Origin: Candidatus Levyibacteriota bacterium
GTDB lineage: Bacteria > Patescibacteriota > Microgenomatia > Levybacterales > UBA12049
Direction: 5' to 3'
NCBI GenBank assembly: GCA_016199085.1
Contig: JACQHJ010000001.1
Coordinates: 72,477 to 136,476 of the forward strand
Length of the DNA: 64,000 nucleotides
A model generated the notes under the pieces. That model saw only the letters and a list, made by a program, of their open reading frames with translations, made no database searches and had not been told where the DNA came from. Numbering within the stretch: the stretch's first letter is position 1; every line of letters starts with the position of its first letter. The position numbers and the translations under genes are program-made. Positions 57,079 through 64,000 of this stretch are shown here, in pieces.

Positions 57079-57564
57079 ATGCCAACACTTAGTCAATTAT
57101 CTAGAAGAGGAAGAAACAGAAAAGTAAAAAAAGTTAAAGCAACCGCTTTAAGAAGGATCTTTAATGCAAGGGAAAGAAGATATAAAGCTATTGAAGGACC
57201 TCAAAAAAGAGGAGTAGTTACTTTGGTTAAAACTATGACTCCTAAGAAACCAAATTCGGCTCTTCGAAAAGTAGCCAGAGTTAAGCTTTCCAACAGAATG
57301 GAAGTAACAGCCTATATCCAGGGAGTTGGACACTCTCTTTCCGAGCACGGAATAGTACTTGTAAGAGGCGGAAGAGTAAAGGATTTACCTGGCGTAAAAT
57401 ATCATATAGTCAGAGGTAAATTTGATTTACAGGGTGTTGAAGGAAGAAGATCATCTAGAAGCAAATATGGAGCAAAAGCAGGCGGAGGACCGGTTAGAGT
57501 TGCAGGAACTGCACCAGCTCCGGCACCAGCGGCGCCGGCACCTGAAGCTCCAGTTGCAGCCTAA
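57079..57564 (+). CDS. rpsL: 30S ribosomal protein S12 with a ~27-aa Ala/Pro-rich C-terminal extension
   Basis: [18 protein letters not shown] and YHIVRG; after the usual SKYGAK end it continues [28 protein letters not shown]. Confidence 0.9.
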   Translation: MPTLSQLSRRGRNRKVKKVKATALRRIFNARERRYKAIEGPQKRGVVTLVKTMTPKKPNSALRKVARVKLSNRMEVTAYIQGVGHSLSEHGIVLVRGGRVKDLPGVKYHIVRGKFDLQGVEGRRSSRSKYGAKAGGGPVRVAGTAPAPAPAAPAPEAPVAA

Positions 57565-57574
57565 ATATTAAAAT

Positions 57575-58048
57575 ATGAGACACAAAAAAGTTGAAAAAAG
57601 ACAAATTGGACAAGACAAAGTATACAACAATCTTTTAGTAGCCAAGTTTATAAACCGCATTATGAAAGACGGTAAAAAGTCTGCTGCGCAAAAATCTTTC
57701 TATGGCGCACTAGAAGAACTTAAAAAGAGCGGATCAGATCCTCTTTCTCTTTTTGAATCCGCAATTGAAAATGTAGGACCAAAAGTTGAAGTTAAAGCAA
57801 GAAGAGTCGGAGGAGCATCATATCAAGTACCTTTAGAGGTAAGGGGAGATAGAAAAAATGCGCTTGCAATCAGATGGATTGTTGAAGCGGCAAGGGCAAG
57901 ATCAAACAGTGAATTTCATAGTTTCTCTCAAAAATTAGCTGCAGAAATCTTAGAAGCAGCCAAAAATGAAGGTGCAGCTATTAAAAAGCGAGATACAGTT
58001 CACAGAATGGCTGAAGCAAACAGAGCATTCTCCCACTTCAGATTCTAA
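57575..58048 (+). CDS. rpsG: 30S ribosomal protein S7
   Basis: Conserved S7 blocks; str-operon order. Confidence 0.95.
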   Translation: MRHKKVEKRQIGQDKVYNNLLVAKFINRIMKDGKKSAAQKSFYGALEELKKSGSDPLSLFESAIENVGPKVEVKARRVGGASYQVPLEVRGDRKNALAIRWIVEAARARSNSEFHSFSQKLAAEILEAAKNEGAAIKKRDTVHRMAEANRAFSHFRF

Positions 58049-58054
58049 AATGGT

Positions 58055-58255
58055 TTATGAAATTTGAGTAGATGTCCCAGAGGGATTAAATGCGTCAATA
58101 TTTTTACTGGCATCCAAAATTTCAATTCCCAAAACTTTTCCATTTTTATCTTCATCCACTAAAATAGCATCAGAGATTTTACGAGTACTCTCGTATTTTC
58201 CCTTTCCTAACTCAATATAAACTGCATCAATTTTTTTATCGTATTTAGTTCTCAT
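58055..58255 (-). CDS. DUF2283-family small protein on the opposite strand between rpsG and fusA
   Basis: MRTKYDKKIDAVYIEL..GKVLGIEILDAS matches the DUF2283 pattern. Confidence 0.45.
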   Translation of the reverse strand: MRTKYDKKIDAVYIELGKGKYESTRKISDAILVDEDKNGKVLGIEILDASKNIDAFNPSGTSTQIS

Positions 58256-58351
58256 AGGTATAATTTATTTTAACAAAGTTATGGAATGATTGCTTAACTT
58301 GTGCTATACTTACGTAGCTTCCAACTGTGGGAGTTTTTTTGAGTAAAATTT

Positions 58352-60451
58352 ATGGCTGAAGACAGGCTAAAAACATTAGATAAAGTAAGAAACATTGGCA
58401 TTATTGCCCATATTGACGCGGGTAAAACGACAACTACGGAGCGTATCCTTTTCTATACGGGAAAGACATATAAAATAGGAGATATTGACGAAGGAACGAC
58501 CCAGATGGACTGGATGGAACAGGAAAAGGAAAGAGGAATCACGATTGTTTCAGCAGCCACAACCGCATTTTGGAATGGTTACAGAATAAATATCATCGAC
58601 ACTCCCGGCCACGTTGATTTTACAGCCGAGGTTGAAAGATCTTTAAGAGTCTTAGACGGTGGCATTACGGTTTTAGATGCAGAAGAGGGAGTTCAATCCC
58701 AGTCAGAAACAGTCTGGAGACAGGCTGATAAATATAATGTTCCAAGACTTTGTTTTGTAAATAAAATGGATAAACTTGGTGCAGATTTTCTGGCAACAGT
58801 TAAATCAATTGAAGATAGGCTTGGTGCAAATCCACTTATTATGGTTTTACCAATCGGTGCAGAACACACATTTAAAGGAATTGTTCATTTAATGGAAATG
58901 AAAGCCTATATCTGGGGATCAGACGAGCTTGGTGCAAAATTTGAGGTAGCAGATATACCGGAAGAGATGAAGCAACAGGTAGAAGAGTATAGACATAAGC
59001 TTATTGAAAAAATTGCCGAAACAGATGAAGCATTAACAGATAAATATCTTCACGGAGAGGATATCACAAACGATGAATTAAAGACAGCGTTAAGACGAGC
59101 TGTCATTTCCTACAAACTTGTTCCAATTTTTGCAGGTTCATCTCTAAGAAACAAAGGAGTTCAGCCTCTTTTAGATGCAGTCGTTGATTATCTTCCATCT
59201 CCTTTGGATGTCGGAGTAACAAAAGGACACGATCCAAAAACCGATGAAATAGTTGAAAGAAAACCGCAAGCTTCAGAACCTTTGGCTGGACTTGCTTTCA
59301 AAATCCAGATTGATCCACACGTTGGAAAATTAACCTACTTTAGAGTCTATTCAGGAACAATCACGGCCGGTTCATATATCTACAACAGCACAAAAAACGA
59401 GACGGAAAGAGTCGGAAGAATTCTTTTAATGCACGCAAACCACAGGGAAGAAATAAAAGAAGCATATGCCGGAGAAATCGTAGCTTTGGTCGGACTTAAA
59501 GAAACAATTACGGGAGACACTTTGTGTGATGAAAAAGCACCAATAGTACTTGAAAAAATCACTTTCCCGGAACCGGTTATCTCTCTTGCCATTGAGCCAA
59601 AAACAAAAGCAGATCAGGAAAAACTAGGTCTTGCCCTAAAAAGGCTTTCCGAAGAAGATCCAACCTTTTCTATTAAAACAAACCATGAGACAAATCAGAC
59701 AATAATTTCAGGCATGGGAGAACTTCAGCTTGAAGTCATGGTTGATCGAATGAAAAGAGAATTCGGAGTTTTGGCAAATGTCGGAGCGCCTCAGGTTGCC
59801 TACAAGGAAACAATCAAAAGTGAAGCAAATGGAGAAGGAAAGTATATCCGCCAATCCGGAGGAAGAGGTCAATACGGTCACTGTTGGTTAAAGGTTGTTC
59901 CAAAGCCCCGTGGAGAAGGATTTGAATTTGTCGATGCAATTAAAGGTGGAGCAATTCCAGCAGAATTTATTAAAGCTATAGAAAAAGGTGTTAATGAAAC
60001 CTTGGCAAACGGAATTTTACTTGGTTATCCAGTTGTTGATTTGGAAGTAACTGTCTATGACGGAAGCTATCATGACGTTGATTCTTCAGAAGTAGCGTTT
60101 AAGATTGCCGCATCCCAGGCATTACAGGCAGCTTCTAGAAAAGCAGATATGGTACTTTTGGAGCCAATCATGAAAGTTGAAGTAACAACCCCATCTGAAT
60201 TTATGGGAGACGTAATCGGAGACCTTTCTTCAAAAAGAGCTCAGATTATGGGAACACAGGAGCATGGAAAGGCAACTGTAATTCTTGCGATGGTGCCCTT
60301 GGCAGAGCTTTCAGGCTATGCAACGACAATTAGATCAATGTCTCAAGGAAGAGCCTCATATTATATGGAACCTTCGCATTACGAAGAAGTTCCCCAAAAT
60401 ATTGTCCAACAGATGTTGGTAAAATCCACATTCACGGGAAGAGTTGAGTAA
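58352..60451 (+). CDS. fusA: elongation factor G
   Basis: [28 protein letters not shown] and NKMDK. Confidence 0.97.
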   Translation: MAEDRLKTLDKVRNIGIIAHIDAGKTTTTERILFYTGKTYKIGDIDEGTTQMDWMEQEKERGITIVSAATTAFWNGYRINIIDTPGHVDFTAEVERSLRVLDGGITVLDAEEGVQSQSETVWRQADKYNVPRLCFVNKMDKLGADFLATVKSIEDRLGANPLIMVLPIGAEHTFKGIVHLMEMKAYIWGSDELGAKFEVADIPEEMKQQVEEYRHKLIEKIAETDEALTDKYLHGEDITNDELKTALRRAVISYKLVPIFAGSSLRNKGVQPLLDAVVDYLPSPLDVGVTKGHDPKTDEIVERKPQASEPLAGLAFKIQIDPHVGKLTYFRVYSGTITAGSYIYNSTKNETERVGRILLMHANHREEIKEAYAGEIVALVGLKETITGDTLCDEKAPIVLEKITFPEPVISLAIEPKTKADQEKLGLALKRLSEEDPTFSIKTNHETNQTIISGMGELQLEVMVDRMKREFGVLANVGAPQVAYKETIKSEANGEGKYIRQSGGRGQYGHCWLKVVPKPRGEGFEFVDAIKGGAIPAEFIKAIEKGVNETLANGILLGYPVVDLEVTVYDGSYHDVDSSEVAFKIAASQALQAASRKADMVLLEPIMKVEVTTPSEFMGDVIGDLSSKRAQIMGTQEHGKATVILAMVPLAELSGYATTIRSMSQGRASYYMEPSHYEEVPQNIVQQMLVKSTFTGRVE

Positions 60452-60518
60452 AAACTCTTCTTGACATTCTTTTTAAGAAACTGTATTTTCATTCCAATGC
60501 CCTGACAGGGTATTTTTT

Positions 60519-61523
60519 ATGCCAAAACCACAAGGATCAGAAACCAGAGCTACTACTCAAAGTCAAATTGAGAAAAGAGGCGGAATTAAAATTGACGCAT
60601 GGACAGGTGGCCCAAGAGGAAACGAAATTACAACTTATGTCGATCCAATTTCCCGTGCTTTAAGCGTCGTTTATGATATAACCTCATTAAGAAGTCCACG
60701 CGAAAATCCAAGAGCGAATTTGGGAAAGTATCGCAGACCAAGCACTTATCCCATAGCTGCCGATGTACCAGAACATGGCGCAGGAGAGTTAACTGAGGAA
60801 CAAAGACGAAGAATGGTAATAGGAAGTGAGATTACGCATGTTTTATGGAATTTATTGGTAGCCAGTAAAGCCGAAGGAGAGATAGTCGGAATTAGCAGGG
60901 AGGATTATAGTAGGTGGATTAATTTAAGAATCGGAAGTTATAGACAAGAATTTTTATTTATTGGTCCTCAAGATCCGCCCCTGCCAGATGTCAGGGCAGT
61001 AGAATACGAAGGTCAAAGCATCTATTTTCCCACACCAGAGCTTCTTGATGCATATGGAGTAGAAAAAAGAGCAGAACAGCCAAAGCATTTAATTGATGCT
61101 AAAAAACCATTTGAACCAGGGCTTTTGGGTATTAGAGGCAAGGGAAAGATTAAGGTTTCGGTAAATTCGGAACAAGGTTCAGATCGAATTAGTATAGCAG
61201 CTCTGGCGCATTTTACAGGCGTAAATGTCGAATATTTCCATGATGGAATATTGGAGATTGTTACACCGCAGCAGGCGTTAGATTTTATACCAGAGGATGA
61301 AATAAAAGCAAGAATGGAAAGTATCGAGCATAGTATTGGTTCGCTTGAGCATGATCGAAGAGAACCAGATGCTTCTGATCGAGAAATAGACATAAAAATT
61401 GCCCGACTTCATGCAGACCTTGCTGTCTATAAAGCCTTAGAACAAAGACTTTTTAACAATCCTTATGCCGCCGCAGATAAAGGAGCAACAGGTTCCGAAG
61501 ACGATAAAGATGGCCAAATCTGA
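60519..61523 (+). CDS. hypothetical protein (334 aa), higher GC than the flanks
   Basis: ORF only; composition shifts relative to fusA. Confidence 0.35.
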   Translation: MPKPQGSETRATTQSQIEKRGGIKIDAWTGGPRGNEITTYVDPISRALSVVYDITSLRSPRENPRANLGKYRRPSTYPIAADVPEHGAGELTEEQRRRMVIGSEITHVLWNLLVASKAEGEIVGISREDYSRWINLRIGSYRQEFLFIGPQDPPLPDVRAVEYEGQSIYFPTPELLDAYGVEKRAEQPKHLIDAKKPFEPGLLGIRGKGKIKVSVNSEQGSDRISIAALAHFTGVNVEYFHDGILEIVTPQQALDFIPEDEIKARMESIEHSIGSLEHDRREPDASDREIDIKIARLHADLAVYKALEQRLFNNPYAAADKGATGSEDDKDGQI

Positions 61524-62176
61524 ATTTGATCAGGATTTGGTATTTCGGGAACAGCTTCTGTAGGCTTTGGGGGAGCAAGATCCAACCACAATCTCTCAAG
61601 TTGAGGATAAAAACTATCATTTAGAATTTCTTGTGGGGTCTTTTCTTTATAATCTTCCTCGCCTCCGTTTATTAAAATAATCCTATCTTGGGTAAGCCGT
61701 TTTGAGATCGCGGCTTCTTTTTGTTTATCACTGAGCCTGTTCCATTCAACTCTTGCCAGTTTTCTTGTCCAGAGACCTATTAATTGACCACTACTTTCTT
61801 CTTTAAACATTTTATCTCTAAGTTGTTGTTTGTATCTTCTTTTTCCATCCGTGCTTGATTTTACCTCTACTTTTACTTCTCTTACCCTAAAACCCGGAAC
61901 AAATACTATGGTTAAATCGCTCCCTTCTGCATATTGCGCATTTAGAGTTACATTTTCAACGATTTGAGTTTGAGATTCAATTATGCGTTTCGTCCTAACT
62001 TCAACAGCCGCCCCCCTGGCATTCCAGAGATTTGGTGGAACAGTCCCTTCCTCAGATCGTATTGCCATTAATGTACCTCTCCAAAGATAGAAAGGAAGTT
62101 GTGGCAAGTTTGGATGATGAGGCTGCGGGCGTAAGCCTCGAAGATTTACGGTAGCTGGTGGTACTTCAACTGCCAT
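61463..62176 (-). CDS. hypothetical protein with a possible PD-(D/E)xK-like D...EVK motif (start may be the internal Met at 62068)
   Basis: GSDLTIVFVPGFRVREVKVEVK; 3' end overlaps the 60519 ORF by about 60 nt. Confidence 0.3.
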   Translation of the reverse strand: MAVEVPPATVNLRGLRPQPHHPNLPQLPFYLWRGTLMAIRSEEGTVPPNLWNARGAAVEVRTKRIIESQTQIVENVTLNAQYAEGSDLTIVFVPGFRVREVKVEVKSSTDGKRRYKQQLRDKMFKEESSGQLIGLWTRKLARVEWNRLSDKQKEAAISKRLTQDRIILINGGEEDYKEKTPQEILNDSFYPQLERLWLDLAPPKPTEAVPEIPNPDQIQIWPSLSSSEPVAPLSAAA

Positions 62177-62266
62177 CTAATTCATTGTTGAAGTATTTAA
62201 AGTTTTTTGTCAATGACTAATGTATTAATTGACTTATTTCTTGATCGTTAATATAATCCGTAAATT

Positions 62267-62605
62267 ATGCCAAACGGTCTTGAGCTTGAAGTGTATCTAT
62301 TATCAGGTTGGAAAACTTATGATCGTGTTCCAAGTACCGAAAGGCAATTTTTCCTTAGGCAACCAGAGCATGCTGGAATTAGAGAAAAAATTGTCTTTAT
62401 CCAAGAAACCAAACCAAGGCCATTCACTTTTGTTACCAGAACTGTATCAAGTCTTGGGTTAGGGGATGTAGAGGCTGGAACTACAATTAGGGAATTACTC
62501 ACAGTTTTAACCTGGGGAGAATCTTTTTATTTTGCGGAAACATACATAGACGCCGATAAAGGCTCAAAAGATTACCCCCCAGTTCATAGAATAACTCAGC
62601 GATAA
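62267..62605 (+). CDS. hypothetical protein (112 aa)
   Basis: ORF only. Confidence 0.3.
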   Translation: MPNGLELEVYLLSGWKTYDRVPSTERQFFLRQPEHAGIREKIVFIQETKPRPFTFVTRTVSSLGLGDVEAGTTIRELLTVLTWGESFYFAETYIDADKGSKDYPPVHRITQR

Positions 62606-62611
62606 GGCTAA

Positions 62612-62839
62612 TTATTTCTTGCTCATTTTGGCATACCAATCATAGAGAGCCCAAACGCCAGCTATACCAACCAATACATATACGAGATTAGCAAGACCAG
62701 GCCATGTACCAAACAGTAAGCCTACGACATTCCAATCTTGTCCTCCCATGTATGCACCAAGTCCAATGAGGCCCCAATTTAAAGCTCCTACAATTATTAA
62801 TACCATTGCTGCTGTCGGAACGTATTTCAAATTAATCAC
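62612..62839 (-). CDS. DUF378-family small membrane protein
   Basis: VGALNWGLIGLG...DWNVVGLLFG...ANLVYVLVGIAGV. Confidence 0.5.
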   Translation of the reverse strand: MINLKYVPTAAMVLIIVGALNWGLIGLGAYMGGQDWNVVGLLFGTWPGLANLVYVLVGIAGVWALYDWYAKMSKK

Positions 62840-62882
62840 CCCCCTTTTTGTATAAACTAAACCTAATTAAATCATTAGCCTT

Positions 62883-63521
62883 TTGGTGACAATTGTCAAG
62901 CCTTATAAAACTATAGACAAATTAAAGCCTAAACTATATACTCCGGTTGTAATGATAAGACGAGAAGTTTGGTCTTTTACAACTCCTGTCCATATGCGCC
63001 TCGCAGAAGAAGGTCCAAGATTTGATCTTAACTTTGGCCAAAGAATTAGACAATCTGGAATAAAAGATAGCGTGCAAAGAAAAATCTTTTCCCACGAGAT
63101 TTTATCTAAATTGCCTTTGGAAAAAGCGCCTTCTCAGCCTGCACCGGCTGAGCTGGACATAAGTGAAGAGGAAATGCTTGCACGCGGTTGGGATCTCTTG
63201 CCTCATGCTCCAAGGTTACATTATAGGTCAATAGTTAGAGGAGGGTATATTTTTACTCTTCATCAAATTTTATCAGGAGTACTGCAATTTCAGACAGCAA
63301 GGATAGAAAGACCGGATATTATTGATTTAGTAACTGTTACAAATGATCTTTTGGAAATACAGACAAGGCAAATTGACTTCGATAACCCGCAAAACTCTAG
63401 AGTGTTACGCCATCGTGCTAATGATGAGAGTGTGATTGACGATATAGAAAGGAAAGTTCAAGAGCTTATCTCCCCAAACCCTGTTCAGTTGGAATTTGCA
63501 GGCAACATTTTTAGTGTATAA
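62883..63521 (+). CDS. hypothetical protein (212 aa)
   Basis: ORF only. Confidence 0.3.
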   Translation: MVTIVKPYKTIDKLKPKLYTPVVMIRREVWSFTTPVHMRLAEEGPRFDLNFGQRIRQSGIKDSVQRKIFSHEILSKLPLEKAPSQPAPAELDISEEEMLARGWDLLPHAPRLHYRSIVRGGYIFTLHQILSGVLQFQTARIERPDIIDLVTVTNDLLEIQTRQIDFDNPQNSRVLRHRANDESVIDDIERKVQELISPNPVQLEFAGNIFSV

Positions 63522-63530
63522 TCTATTTCT

Positions 63531-63860
63531 ATGGCAAAAAAAAGTCCTTCTCCGTTTGGTTTTTATTTTTCCTATCTGGATAAAGTAGATAAAGGCGTAA
63601 AAGATACAGAAGAATTCGGCTCAATGCTAATTTTGGGTATGGTTGAGGAACTTGGAGAAATGAGTAGAGCCTATCTAGCAAAGCACGGAAGAAAACCAAG
63701 AAACATTGCGGCTCAACAAGACGAGGCATATGAGAGGGAGCTAGGCGATATTTTAGTGTCCATACTTCGCCTTGCCAGAATTAAGGATATTAATCTGCAT
63801 GAGGCTTTAATGTATTCTTTGCAAAAAATCGAAAGAAGAAAGAATAACCCCAAAAAGTAG
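63531..63860 (+). CDS. MazG-like nucleotide pyrophosphohydrolase (small all-alpha NTP-PPase)
   Basis: GMVEELGEMSRAY and ELGDILVSILRLA (EExxE...ExxD) motifs. Confidence 0.5.
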   Translation: MAKKSPSPFGFYFSYLDKVDKGVKDTEEFGSMLILGMVEELGEMSRAYLAKHGRKPRNIAAQQDEAYERELGDILVSILRLARIKDINLHEALMYSLQKIERRKNNPKK

Positions 63861-63913
63861 CCTTTGAAACAAAACCTCAGCCTTCCCGTTATATATCTAA
63901 CAAAGTTATTATT

Positions 63914-64000
63914 ATGAAAGCATTATTGCCGTTTAGTCTTTTGGTTAATATTGTTTTTTCTATCGTAGAATTCTTTTTAGGCATAAGAATTCTTTTGAGG
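63914..64000 (+). CDS. 5' end of a small membrane protein running off the window (possibly YggT-like)
   Basis: MKALLPFSLLVNIVFSIVEFFLGIRILLR. Confidence 0.25.
   Translation, partial: MKALLPFSLLVNIVFSIVEFFLGIRILLR

Noticed and set aside
60452-60518. Terminator after fusA (CCCUGACAGGG plus U-tract)
   Set aside because: The stem is only 4-5 bp; too weak to call confidently without folding software.
1-64000. Alternative genetic code (UGA recoded as Gly, as in some CPR lineages)
   Set aside because: Long conserved genes (rpoB, rpoC, dnaK, fusA, pnp) are intact under the standard code and terminate at TAA/TGA where expected.
1-64000. CRISPR arrays, rRNA genes, IS elements or transposases
   Set aside because: No regularly spaced direct repeats, no rRNA-like conserved stretches, and no DDE/serine-recombinase-like translations were seen.

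Overview
This window is from a low-GC, gene-dense bacterial chromosome with many compact housekeeping proteins, consistent with a reduced-genome lineage such as CPR/Patescibacteria (inference). Most of it is conserved core. Running left to right, the core genes are: metK behind a SAM-riboswitch-like leader; metG; an hrcA-grpE-dnaK-(two unknown genes)-dnaJ heat-shock cluster with a CIRCE-like operator; a membrane-anchored Hsp100/Clp ATPase; nusA-infB-DHH; rpsO-pnp; a Lon AAA+ module with no protease domain; rnj; ftsK; a RodZ-like gene; mltG; a thymidine/AMP-phosphorylase-family gene; a sortase next to a PilM-like fused membrane protein; alaS; and, later, the rpoB-rpoC-rpsL-rpsG-(DUF2283)-fusA str-operon block. 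Three regions look accessory. The first (~34.2-43.5 kb) holds a 1267-aa DUF4011-SF1 helicase-DUF559 nuclease gene with Zn-ribbon and membrane neighbours, then a tRNA with an odd anticodon, then ~660 bp of ORF-free structured DNA, then two unknown small proteins, an NTase-only ATP-dependent DNA ligase and a tandem-HTH regulator. The second (~43.5-49.8 kb) is a nucleoside/sugar-phosphate cluster comprising a nucleoside hydrolase and an attenuator-type leader with two terminator hairpins, followed by an unknown-BtpA-PfkB kinase-HAD operon, a frameshifted cupin pseudogene and small metallopeptidase-like ORFs. The third (~60.5-63.9 kb) is a higher-GC block of unknown genes, a DUF378 and a MazG-like gene, sitting where tuf normally follows fusA. 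No CRISPR array, rRNA or transposase was found. All calls come from reading the sequence and translations by eye; no searches were run.
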